This document shows, piece by piece, positions 1 to 7,309 of a stretch of 15,053 nt of DNA. The first letter of the stretch is position 1, and each line of letters begins with the position of its first letter. The notes under the pieces are model-generated. The model was not told the origin of the DNA and searched no databases. It saw nothing but the letters and a program-made list of their open reading frames with translations. The stretch comes from a virus, in IMG/VR virus record IMGVR_UViG_3300032053_000003, positions 222,392 to 237,444 of that record, one strand, 5' to 3'. Both the position numbers and the translations under genes were made by a program.

Positions 1-353
1 ATATCTCCAATAAGAAGATTCATCCTATCCAATACATCTCTGCTCAAGCTGCTGCTTTGATTAAGGACAAGCTTGAAGGTAAGGAGACTCCTGAGAACCA
101 GAAGGAGGATCGTAAGGAGGTTGAGTTTGATTCCTCTAACTCTCCCCTCCCAAAGATTGATATGTATCCTGATGCTGCTGATGTAAGAAAGGCTTTGTTT
201 AATGTGCTTAACATGTTTGACACTTTGTATTTTGGTTCTAAGGGCATCAATATATGTGTGAAGATGGTAGAACGTGAGTGCTTACTGAATTGCCAGCATT
301 ATAGCTACTGTAGGTCTAAGATTGCTTTCAAAGAGTCTATCAAGGAGATTTAG
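1..353 (+). CDS. hypothetical protein, 5'-truncated at window edge (K/E-rich)
   Basis: Frame 3 is open from the window start (ISNKKIHPIQYISAQAAALIKDKLEG...) to a stop at 351-353. The next gene follows 2 nt later. No recognisable domain. Confidence 0.5.
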   Translation, partial: ISNKKIHPIQYISAQAAALIKDKLEGKETPENQKEDRKEVEFDSSNSPLPKIDMYPDAADVRKALFNVLNMFDTLYFGSKGINICVKMVERECLLNCQHYSYCRSKIAFKESIKEI

Positions 354-355
354 GT

Positions 356-643
356 ATGGAACATAAGCCAGAAGATACTATTGATAAAAATACTGAATTG
401 AAGGATGGGATTGCTCCAGAGTTGGAGATACAGGAAGGTCCACTACCAGAAGCTAAACCAGAAGAACTCCCTCAGACTGAACAACAGGTATTGAAACCCA
501 AAAATGAAATATTTCATTTTGATTTTAGAGAGTCTGAGGTAAACCTCCTCCTGAAAGCTTTGGGAGAGCTACCCACTAAAGAAACATTTAATTTGGTCAG
601 TAGAATATTTGTCCTAGTGGGTCAGCAGAAACAGCCAAGTTGA
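356..643 (+). CDS. hypothetical acidic protein
   Basis: 95-aa ORF, ATG 3 nt after the upstream stop ('ttaggtATGg'). Glu/Pro-rich N-terminus. Same strand and packing as its neighbours. Confidence 0.5.
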   Translation: MEHKPEDTIDKNTELKDGIAPELEIQEGPLPEAKPEELPQTEQQVLKPKNEIFHFDFRESEVNLLLKALGELPTKETFNLVSRIFVLVGQQKQPS

Positions 644-1206
644 TAACTCCTGAGGAGATCCTCTCTATCTATGGGGTTGATGTCACAAAGCTCTCAGCTC
701 CTTACTCGTCTTACTATATAGCTACTTCTGATGATTTGTGGCTTAATACTGTTACTCCTAAACTCGATTCAATACTGAATACCCCTAAGACAAAGATAGG
801 TGATCTAATCATTATTACCCCTGATAACTATAGATCCAGGATATATGCAAACAAGTTACCCTCAAGACATGTGAATTTAACAGGTCCAGACACCTATTAT
901 TACATCTATCCAAAAGCCTACTTGATTGGTTCATTGAAGTATTGTATAACGAAATACTTGGATGATTGGACAAATCTGAATACTCAGGGCAGTCTGACTT
1001 TCACTTTCGATTATGATCATAGTACGATGCAGGTTTATGTGAGTGGACCTGTGCCAGTAATAGCTGTGAGGAAGGTAAATTATAGGTATGAGATAACAAC
1101 TCTTGACTCAGTTTTTATGAAGTGGGGCAGTAAGCAGATGGTGCAGAATTTTATGGATACTACCACTATACCTGGCTTTACTAGTTGCTGCTTCGTAGGG
1201 GATTGA
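640..1206 (+). CDS. hypothetical protein (beta-rich, Tyr/Thr-rich; possibly structural)
   Basis: 188-aa ORF. The only possible start is TTG at 640, which overlaps the upstream TGA (TTGA). There is no in-frame ATG before residue ~120 and no SD, so initiation is probably coupled to the upstream gene. No recognisable domain. Confidence 0.45.
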   Translation: MITPEEILSIYGVDVTKLSAPYSSYYIATSDDLWLNTVTPKLDSILNTPKTKIGDLIIITPDNYRSRIYANKLPSRHVNLTGPDTYYYIYPKAYLIGSLKYCITKYLDDWTNLNTQGSLTFTFDYDHSTMQVYVSGPVPVIAVRKVNYRYEITTLDSVFMKWGSKQMVQNFMDTTTIPGFTSCCFVGD

Positions 1207-1299
1207 GGAGAGATAGTATAACTTAAATAGACTCTAGAGTTTTAAGCAATAAAATAAAAATAAAGGAGGTTAAAAAACTAATAAAAGGAGTACCTTACT

Positions 1300-1848
1300 A
1301 TGAAAATGATGAGGACGAAGTGCTTAATCATTCTGGTGATAGTGTTGATATGTATTATGGTATCACCGATATCCAGAGGCTACCAAGTAAAGTTTGAGAA
1401 GGTTGTTCCAACTACTACAAGTCTTATCACTATGCTCCAGCCTGGGTATGATCCTGAGATTGCAGATGTGCATGCAAAGTATATTGATAAAAACACTGGG
1501 TTATGGGGGATAGATAGGGATGATTTTGTAAGTGTTATTAATAAAGAGTCAAGCTTTAACTCTATGGCAGAGAGTACAAAAGGTGCAAAAGGAGCATCAC
1601 AAATTCTTATTAGGGTGCATAAGGAGTTGGTTAAGAAGAGAAGGTTAATGCCTCATGAGATTTGGTATTTGGATAATAATTACTCAATGGGTTGTGAAGT
1701 TTTTTATATGGCTAAGAAGAAATCTCACAATCTAGATGAGATTCTTACACGTTATGTAGGGGGTAAATGTCCAGGTTACATACCAGACATAAAAAAGAGT
1801 ATAGCAAAATGTAGGGCAATGACAGACAGTAGGATAATATTGATGTAG
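1300..1848 (+). CDS. lytic transglycosylase, SLT domain (family 1), with N-terminal signal peptide / membrane anchor
   Basis: Two upstream SDs (aaaggaggt, aaaggagt). The N-terminus KCLIILVIVLICIMVSP is strongly hydrophobic. SLT catalytic signature ESSFNSMAESTKGAKGASQI matches E-S-x-F-N-x-x-A-x-S-x-x-G-A-x-G-[LA]-[MS]-Q. A later RYVGG matches the AYNAG-like motif. Confidence 0.8.
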   Translation: MKMMRTKCLIILVIVLICIMVSPISRGYQVKFEKVVPTTTSLITMLQPGYDPEIADVHAKYIDKNTGLWGIDRDDFVSVINKESSFNSMAESTKGAKGASQILIRVHKELVKKRRLMPHEIWYLDNNYSMGCEVFYMAKKKSHNLDEILTRYVGGKCPGYIPDIKKSIAKCRAMTDSRIILM

Positions 1849-1890
1849 ATAAAGGATAGGAGAACCTAATTTGAAACCCATGAGAATAGT

Positions 1891-2463
1891 GTGAATCAGA
1901 TTCTCAGAGATAGTGCTAAGATTATCTTGGATGCTAGAGAGGGTATGGCTTCTGTCTTACCCTCTCTATGGTCATCCCTTGATCCTATTTTTGGTTTGGA
2001 AGAGGAGACAGAGTCCAGTGTCTGGTGCACTTATGACAGTGGTAGGCTTCTGTTGTACTCTATCATCAATCTGAAGGTTAAAAATCGGGACAAGATTAAA
2101 TCAGTAGCCAGTATAAAACAGGCTTTAGTTGAATCGGGTATTGAGGGACTTCTTTGGAGTTACCCTTTGAATACTTACTCTATTATAGTAGCTTCAAGTG
2201 CCCAGGATGGCAGTACCAGTGCAGTGGAGTTGTTTACTCATAGGGATATACCTTTCTTATTTGTTCACTTGTACATTTACCTCAATGTAACTATAGAAAA
2301 GTTTGATGCTCAGGCTATGAGTATGGCTTATTTTAATTTTATACTTGAACATGGTATGATCTCAATGCAGGGTATAGTTAAGTTGTTTGGGGATAAATCT
2401 GAGGATGAGGGAGAGGTAGGGTCTCTTAATCCTGGTTTTTATAGTAATCTCTACAAAAAGTGA
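1891..2463 (+). CDS. hypothetical protein (start uncertain: GTG 1891 or ATG 1945)
   Basis: 190-aa ORF in the same frame as the SLT gene but separated from it by TAG and TAA. Its stop overlaps the start of the next gene (gtgaggaggtgtgaagtgg). No recognisable domain. Confidence 0.5.
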   Translation: MNQILRDSAKIILDAREGMASVLPSLWSSLDPIFGLEEETESSVWCTYDSGRLLLYSIINLKVKNRDKIKSVASIKQALVESGIEGLLWSYPLNTYSIIVASSAQDGSTSAVELFTHRDIPFLFVHLYIYLNVTIEKFDAQAMSMAYFNFILEHGMISMQGIVKLFGDKSEDEGEVGSLNPGFYSNLYKK

Positions 2464-3191
2464 GGAGGTGTGAAGTGGTTAAAATAGGAGTTCACAGTGA
2501 AACGGTTAAGGCTGTACAGGAGTGGCTTTGTTACAATAAGATTAATGTTGCTATTGATAGTGACTTTGGCCCAGCTACTCTTGCTGGTGTTAAAGAATTT
2601 CAAAAGAAGAAGCAGGTACCTCAGACAGGTGTTGTTGACTCATTAGTATGGGATCTTTTAAGAGATCCCATAACCTTTCTTGAGTCACTTCCTGAACTGA
2701 CTAACAAGAGCATTTCTGATACCATTGTAATTAATGCTATTAGGCATTATGTAGTTTGCCCTATAGAGATAGGTGGTCAGAATCTTGGTCCGTTTGTAAG
2801 ATTCTACATGAAGGGGGAGGAAGGAACTGAGTATCCGTGGTGTGCAGGTGCTGTCAGTACAATCGTGTTGCAGTCCTTTCAGATGTTGAATAGGGTACCT
2901 AAGAACTTCAGGTACCAGATGAGCTGTGATCTCATGTATGCTGATGCCAAGAAGTTTGGTACTCTGGTTAAGACTCCTGTTCCTGGTTGCCTCTTTCTGT
3001 CCTATGATCCTAGTAATCCTTCTGATTGTACTCATGCAGGTATCATAACAGACACGGATATTAGTGGTGGTGTGGTTAGGACTTTTGAGGGGAATACAAA
3101 CGATTCGGGTAGTAGAGAGGGCTATGAGTACGTTCCTCGTATCCGATCTCTTGTTAACAAGTACTTTATTAATCTGGGTGGTATATATTGA
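2460..3191 (+). CDS. endolysin: N-terminal PG_binding_1 domain plus C-terminal CHAP/NlpC-P60-type cysteine peptidase
   Basis: The N-terminus VKAVQEWLCYNKINVAIDSDFGPATLAGVKEFQKKKQVPQTGVVDSLVWDLL fits the PG_binding_1 pattern (LQ..L..G....DG.FG..T..AV..FQ...GL..DG.VG..TW..L). The C-terminal half has the motifs YPWCAGAVS (nucleophile Cys), CTHAGIITD (His) and TFEGNTND (EGN motif) in the order typical of CHAP/NlpC-P60 amidases and peptidases. Confidence 0.8.
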   Translation: MRRCEVVKIGVHSETVKAVQEWLCYNKINVAIDSDFGPATLAGVKEFQKKKQVPQTGVVDSLVWDLLRDPITFLESLPELTNKSISDTIVINAIRHYVVCPIEIGGQNLGPFVRFYMKGEEGTEYPWCAGAVSTIVLQSFQMLNRVPKNFRYQMSCDLMYADAKKFGTLVKTPVPGCLFLSYDPSNPSDCTHAGIITDTDISGGVVRTFEGNTNDSGSREGYEYVPRIRSLVNKYFINLGGIY

Positions 3192-3599
3192 GTGAGAGTA
3201 GTTATTGTACAGGGGGGTAAGGTATTTAAGACCCTTTCTACCAACTTATCATCTATATTGACTGTTCCCCCTCTAGCTGTGTTCAGGGAGCTTCCTGTCC
3301 CATCTTTAACTAAGAGAGGGTTATTGAGGAGGAGGAAGGAATCTGTAATTAACGAGGATATAGAAGAGAAGCTGGTGCCAGCAAAAATCATTTACCCTCA
3401 TAAAGAACCTGTTGATCATGGTTCTAGGGACTACTGTATAAAGATTGTAAAACAGGCAGAGAAAGCAGGTGTCATAAAGGAGCTGGTTCTACTTATGAGT
3501 GCCTTTCGTAATATGTATCAGAGGAAGATAGTTCCAGCCAATAGAGAGGAGACTATGGTTTGTCCAAAAGGCAAACACTATTCAGAAGGATCTGAGTAA
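3192..3599 (+). CDS. hypothetical protein (start uncertain: GTG 3192 directly after, and in frame with, the endolysin TGA; alternative GTG 3374 with SD-like gaagagaag)
   Basis: ORF track only. The C-terminal half (KIVKQAEKAGVIKELVLLMSAFRNMY...) looks protein-like, while the N-terminal third is low-complexity. It overlaps the convergent gene 3553-4017 by 47 nt. Confidence 0.3.
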   Translation: MRVVIVQGGKVFKTLSTNLSSILTVPPLAVFRELPVPSLTKRGLLRRRKESVINEDIEEKLVPAKIIYPHKEPVDHGSRDYCIKIVKQAEKAGVIKELVLLMSAFRNMYQRKIVPANREETMVCPKGKHYSEGSE

Positions 3600-4017
3600 G
3601 TTGATCTGAGATCCCGAATCTCTTTTTATTGTATTCGATACTCTTTATGATGCTACCATCATTATGACGAAGGCTTGCACTTTTCCAGTCACATAGCATC
3701 TCTATTAGGTTCACTAGGTTCATGCCATTGATACCGTCCTCTTTGAAAAATTCAGGATGGTGACGGTTGTTAGCATAGTGATGATCTAGTGCAGGTTTCA
3801 TCTCAGTTAGGAATTGATTGTATTCGGTACTACCGTAGGTACTAGTGGCAAGTTTAGGTGTGTACTCCATAAAGGTTTCTAGTTCAGGAGAACATAGTTT
3901 GGATTCATCATGCTTGGTAGCTCTATCTGTAAGTTCATGAATGATCATCAGTATGCAATGCATGACATTATCTATGTGCTTCTTGGTCTCATCTATTGTT
4001 TGTTGGCTCAGACTCAT
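3553..4017 (-). CDS. HD-motif protein resembling the DUF5662 family (putative metal-dependent hydrolase)
   Basis: Strong SD on the minus strand (aaggagaacctaaaATG). Ordered motifs H-x3-H ... KHDESK ... HHYANNRHHPE. It is the only minus-strand gene between two plus-strand operons. The family assignment is from memory of the motif pattern and was not searched. Confidence 0.55.
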   Translation of the reverse strand: MSLSQQTIDETKKHIDNVMHCILMIIHELTDRATKHDESKLCSPELETFMEYTPKLATSTYGSTEYNQFLTEMKPALDHHYANNRHHPEFFKEDGINGMNLVNLIEMLCDWKSASLRHNDGSIIKSIEYNKKRFGISDQLTQILLNSVCLLDKP

Positions 4018-4108
4018 TTTAGGTTCTCCTTATTGCATTTATAGTTGAATTATGGAGGATAAGGATATAGAAAGTAAAGAGTAATATAATAGCTAAAAGA
4101 GGGCAAAC

Positions 4109-4882
4109 TTGAGAACATCATACTGGATTCCAACTGCATCTTCTCCTCAATATCGTGATCTTGGGGAAGAGAGTAAGAGCTGGTCTCGTGCAAAATATCT
4201 TGAGAGAGACGGTTTGGATGTCTATAACTTCCTCTGGAATGAGCTTTGTAACTATAGAGAGTATAGAGCCGATGGGTGTATCTATGAGGTAGGTGGTGTC
4301 TTTGTATCCCCTGGTGATATAGTAGTGGATGCAGGAGCAAACATTGGTATTTGGTCTAATGTGGCTATGTTTAAGGGAGCCAAACAGGTATATGCATTTG
4401 AACCTACCTTGAAAAGCTTTAATTGTTTGTGTGAGAATACGGATCAGTGGCTTTTTCATCCGAGTCACTATTACCCTCAAGTTATAAAGCCATTTTGCTT
4501 AGCATTGGGTGATAAGAAACAGGTTATTGAAATGCCTGTTTGGGAAAGTGGTGACTCTGTGGGATCTCGGATCGATGGGAGTATCACTTCTACTCAATAC
4601 AATACTGTAATGGTTACTACTCTGGATGATCTATTTGATATTGGATTGTTTGATCATATTGATTATCTGAAGCTTGATGTCGAGGGTGCTGAGGATCAAG
4701 TGCTCTACAGTCTTAGTAGAGAGAGGCTTGGTATGATTAACAAGATCAGTATGGAGTATCATCCTAATGCTCTCTCTGATTCTGAGGATGTCATAAAGTA
4801 TCTTATGAGTAATAAGTTTAGACACATATTCACTCTTCATATGGGTGAGGAGTGTAAAATAATAACTTTTTCAAAACTATGA
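4109..4882 (+). CDS. FkbM-family SAM-dependent methyltransferase (Methyltransf_21)
   Basis: The stretch GDIVVDAGANIGIWSNVAMFKGAKQVYAFEPTLKSFNCLCENT ... VMVTTLDDLFD ... IDYLKLDVEGAEDQVLYSL matches the FkbM/Methyltransf_21 core (VDVGANiG...afEP.p..f..L..N; tLD; id.lKiDvEGaE..vL). The start must be TTG 4109 (SD aaagaggg 6 nt upstream) because no in-frame ATG precedes the domain. A TATAAT box at 4085-4090 lies upstream. Confidence 0.8.
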   Translation: MRTSYWIPTASSPQYRDLGEESKSWSRAKYLERDGLDVYNFLWNELCNYREYRADGCIYEVGGVFVSPGDIVVDAGANIGIWSNVAMFKGAKQVYAFEPTLKSFNCLCENTDQWLFHPSHYYPQVIKPFCLALGDKKQVIEMPVWESGDSVGSRIDGSITSTQYNTVMVTTLDDLFDIGLFDHIDYLKLDVEGAEDQVLYSLSRERLGMINKISMEYHPNALSDSEDVIKYLMSNKFRHIFTLHMGEECKIITFSKL

Positions 4883-5217
4883 ATAAACAGCAGATACTTG
4901 AGGATCTCAGAAGGATGATACCTTCTTTTACTTGTATTCCAGGCTGCACTATTTGTTGTGGTCCAGTTCCTTTCTCAAAGATAGAGAGGAAGGCTGTTAA
5001 AGGTAAGAAGAGAGGATCTACAGAAGGGTTAGCTTGTGCTTATGAGTGCAAGGAAGGATGTTCTATTTATGAGCATAGACCTATCATATGTCGGTTGTTT
5101 GGTACTGTTAATGATCCTTCAATTCAATGTAAGTATGGATTTATGCCTGAGACTGTATTAAGTAAGGTACAGGCAGATAGGATAATGGAAATCTATATGA
5201 GGGAGTTGATGTATTAA
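4879..5217 (+). CDS. YkgJ/UPF0153-family CxxCxxCC putative Zn/Fe-chelating protein
   Basis: ATGA overlap with the methyltransferase stop. Motifs CIPGCTICCG ... CAYECKEGCSIYEHRPIICRLFG fit the PF03692-type pattern (CxxCxxCC ... C.iYe.RP..Cr.f). Confidence 0.7.
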   Translation: MNKQQILEDLRRMIPSFTCIPGCTICCGPVPFSKIERKAVKGKKRGSTEGLACAYECKEGCSIYEHRPIICRLFGTVNDPSIQCKYGFMPETVLSKVQADRIMEIYMRELMY

Positions 5218-5405
5218 TGGAGAGACAGGACATATTTTTAGTAGAGATTATGAATCCACCAGGTATCCTTCTCTGTGGGAGTGGGATAGGTTTTAAGTCA
5301 GTTTGTGAAAATGATGGGTGGATCTCTTATACAAATCCTGCTACTATGTTTTGGGAACTGTGTGATCCCATGTTTTGGGATATGCCTGTTGTGGGTTGTG
5401 CATAA
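5217..5405 (+). CDS. hypothetical small protein
   Basis: 62-aa ORF. ATG at 5217 overlaps the upstream TAA (TAATGG). Trp/Cys-rich. No recognisable domain. Confidence 0.4.
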   Translation: MERQDIFLVEIMNPPGILLCGSGIGFKSVCENDGWISYTNPATMFWELCDPMFWDMPVVGCA

Positions 5406-5413
5406 GGGGTTTT

Positions 5414-5623
5414 ATGATTCCTAAGAGATTCAGGCTATGCCTATTTGATAGGGATGGTTTTATAACTATCCAGAGAAGGATCTGCTTCATTTGGATAACT
5501 TTGGTTGATGAAGACAGTCAGGTTCTTAAGTTCAAGAATGTACTTCAGGCTGAGGAGTATTTGAACAAGGAAAAGAAGTTTGGAGAGATCTTCATTATAG
5601 ATTACAGGAAGGTATCCTACTGA
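5414..5623 (+). CDS. hypothetical small protein (track ORF 5375-5623; more likely starts at ATG 5414 with SD aagggg)
   Basis: 'ataaggggttttATGattcct' lies immediately after the upstream stop at 5405. 69 aa. No recognisable domain. Confidence 0.4.
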   Translation: MIPKRFRLCLFDRDGFITIQRRICFIWITLVDEDSQVLKFKNVLQAEEYLNKEKKFGEIFIIDYRKVSY

Positions 5624-5778
5624 TGGATAGTCCTGTAATGATAGTAACAAGGCTTTTGTTGGGTATAGCCAGTAAGGAGGATGTACAGAGTCTTAGGGAT
5701 ATAAAGTGGCTTACCCCTGATCTTGAAAAACTGTATAGAGTGGAGATCCAAAAGTGTTTGAATAAGGAGGAGGGATAA
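5623..5778 (+). CDS. hypothetical small protein, 51 aa (not in the ORF track)
   Basis: The ATG overlaps the upstream TGA (tgATGg). It translates MDSPVMIVTRLLLGIASKEDVQSLRDIKWLTPDLEKLYRVEIQKCLNKEEG and stops 1 nt before ATG 5779. It fills an otherwise unexplained 155-bp gap in a tightly packed operon, and its 3' end carries the SD (aaggaggagg) for the next gene. Confidence 0.35.
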   Translation: MDSPVMIVTRLLLGIASKEDVQSLRDIKWLTPDLEKLYRVEIQKCLNKEEG

Positions 5779-6066
5779 ATGGCATTGTCTAAAGAGGATC
5801 GTGATAGGTATCTTGAGACTCTCAAGGAGTTGGCAAAGAGTAGGAGAGTTGTGACTTACTGTGTAAGAAATCTCAATAGGGCACCTGAAGCTTCTACTCA
5901 GGGTGTCTATGTGGAGCTGGCTAGGATATCCAAGATCTCTCATGACTCTATTAATGAGATTATGTCCATGGTATTTATAGCTCTTCTCTCCAGGGCTGAG
6001 ATAGCCGAGGAACAGCTCGGAAAAGCTGAGGATGAGATCAAGTTGTTGAAGCTGAAAAGTGTCTGA
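5779..6066 (+). CDS. hypothetical coiled-coil protein
   Basis: Strong SD aaggaggagggataaATG. 95 aa. Charged and heptad-like (EEQLGKAEDEIKLLKLK). No recognisable domain. Confidence 0.5.
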   Translation: MALSKEDRDRYLETLKELAKSRRVVTYCVRNLNRAPEASTQGVYVELARISKISHDSINEIMSMVFIALLSRAEIAEEQLGKAEDEIKLLKLKSV

Positions 6067-6097
6067 TAAGGAGTGTTCCCTTCTCAGAGAGGGTGAT

Positions 6098-6280
6098 ATG
6101 CTTTTTAGTGAAGAAGAAGATTCAGATCAAATTATAGAAGGATTATATGGTATACTCTGTGAGGGTCCAAAGATATCCTTGATGGATTTAGATTTACTTA
6201 ATTGGAAAGATTGGACCTTTATAGCTATTCTTTTTATAGTGATGGATATCTTGCTCCCTTTATATATGATATTTTCATAG
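6098..6280 (+). CDS. hypothetical small protein with acidic N-terminus and C-terminal transmembrane segment (track ORF 6059-6280 with GTG start; ATG 6098 preferred)
   Basis: SD gagagggtgatATG. C-terminus WTFIAILFIVMDILLPLYMIFS is hydrophobic. N-terminus EEEDSDQIIEG is acidic. Confidence 0.35.
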   Translation: MLFSEEEDSDQIIEGLYGILCEGPKISLMDLDLLNWKDWTFIAILFIVMDILLPLYMIFS

Positions 6281-6317
6281 AAGAAAGAGACATGCTAGTA
6301 TTTCCTAAGGAGATATT

Positions 6318-6755
6318 ATGGCTCAAGCTTTTTACATGGCAACAACGAAAATCCTTCCAGAGAAGACAGTAGTAGAGATCCAGCAGATCCTGGCACAGAG
6401 AGGTGCAAGAAGGGTTCTGATGGAGTATGATAATGGGGAGATAGTAGCTCTGTCTTTCACACTTGAGTTTGCTGGTAAGGTTATCCCATTTTGGCTCCCT
6501 TTTCGATGGGAGAACTGCCTAAAGGCTATGAAGGAGCACAAGGGTACTCCTCGTCATCTTTGTAACCCAGCACAGGCTAAAAGGACAGCATGGAGGATCA
6601 TTCTCAGGTGGCTGCTCTCTCAGTTTGCATTTACGGATACCCAGATGGTGAGCACCATTGAGGTGCTGCTTCCCTATGCTCAGATGGGGGAGTACACCCT
6701 GTACGAGAAGTTGGAGAGGGAGCAGTTCAATATGCTTCCCAGTCCAAATGTTTGA
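6318..6755 (+). CDS. hypothetical protein
   Basis: SD taaggagatattATG. 145 aa. No recognisable domain. Confidence 0.55.
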   Translation: MAQAFYMATTKILPEKTVVEIQQILAQRGARRVLMEYDNGEIVALSFTLEFAGKVIPFWLPFRWENCLKAMKEHKGTPRHLCNPAQAKRTAWRIILRWLLSQFAFTDTQMVSTIEVLLPYAQMGEYTLYEKLEREQFNMLPSPNV

Positions 6756-6784
6756 TCACCTCAACAAATAAAGGTGTAAAGGTA

Positions 6785-6813
6785 TTGACACCTCTTCCGA
6801 TATAGGATATATA
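6785..6813 (+). promoter_or_regulatory. sigma70-like promoter TTGACA-N17-TATATA, flanked by short inverted repeats
   Basis: ttgaca (6785-6790), a 17-nt spacer, then tatata (6808-6813). Inverted repeat aggtgt(6772-6777)/acacct(6788-6793) overlaps the -35. Inverted repeat gctagt/actagc (6821-6838) sits at the predicted 5' end of the transcript. The promoter lies in a 109-bp gap upstream of gene 6871-7179. Confidence 0.4.
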
Positions 6814-6870
6814 CTAAGAAGCTAGTGTGACAACTAGCAAAAAACAGGCTGATGCCAGAGGAGTATGACT

Positions 6871-7179
6871 ATGAAAAAGATTTTCAAGTTTGTATTAGCA
6901 GGTACAGGTAAGAGTTATCCAACAGTAGTTGAAGTCCCCATGAATGTCGGTGCAAAGATCCTCAGTGTTGCTAACCAGCTGGAGAAGATCTGTATGTGGG
7001 CTGAAATTGAAACCACTACCCCTACAGAGACGAGGATCTTCAAGATTGTGCTTACAGGTGAGTCTTTTGAGACAGATGGTTTTGAAACCAGTTTTTTGGG
7101 TACCATGATCCTTAAGGGTGGTACATCTGTAGCTCACGTCTATGAGCTGATCGCCCCTGCTGTTTCTGAGGTTGTGTAG
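6871..7179 (+). CDS. hypothetical protein with internal sequence duplication (track ORF starts 6865; ATG 6871 has better SD spacing)
   Basis: SD agaggag. Two similar segments, KIFKFVLAGTGKS and RIFKIVLTGESFE, suggest a duplicated beta-hairpin unit. No recognisable domain. Confidence 0.5.
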   Translation: MKKIFKFVLAGTGKSYPTVVEVPMNVGAKILSVANQLEKICMWAEIETTTPTETRIFKIVLTGESFETDGFETSFLGTMILKGGTSVAHVYELIAPAVSEVV

Positions 7180-7241
7180 TCATTAAGGATCTGAAACCCA
7201 TTCCCAAGTTCTGGTGTGAAACCCATCATGAACATACATTG

Positions 7242-7284
7242 AAGAGGTAAGGTAGTCCTAGACTGCCTTACCTCTTGACTTTTC
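7242..7284 (+). terminator. intrinsic terminator: perfect 11-bp stem (aagaggtaagg/ccttacctctt), 13-nt loop, followed by gacTTTTc
   Basis: RC(aagaggtaagg)=ccttacctctt at 7242-7252 and 7266-7276. A T-tract follows. It lies 63 nt after the stop of gene 6871-7179. Confidence 0.55.
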
Positions 7285-7303
7285 AGGACAAAAAGTTTAC
7301 TAA
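7275..7303 (+). promoter_or_regulatory. candidate promoter TTGACT-N17-TACTAA overlapping the terminator stem; the predicted TSS coincides with ATG 7310 (leaderless)
   Basis: ttgact at 7275-7280, spacer 7281-7297, tactaa at 7298-7303. ATG at 7310 is 7 nt after the -10 box and has no SD (tttgttATG). Confidence 0.3.
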
Positions 7304-7309
7304 TTTGTT

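Noticed and set aside
604-643. Programmed -1 frameshift joining ORF 356-643 to ORF 640-1206
   Set aside because: The downstream frame is the -1 frame and opens at 604. However there is no slippery heptamer (…cagcagaaacagccaagttga) and no downstream pseudoknot. The TTG start overlapping TGA (TTGA) is the simpler explanation.
3189-3194. Stop-codon read-through fusing the endolysin to ORF 3192-3599
   Set aside because: The in-frame TGA-GTG junction is suggestive. However no read-through context or recoding signal is recognisable, and a GTG restart is the ordinary explanation. It is mentioned only as a low-priority check within the lysis finding.
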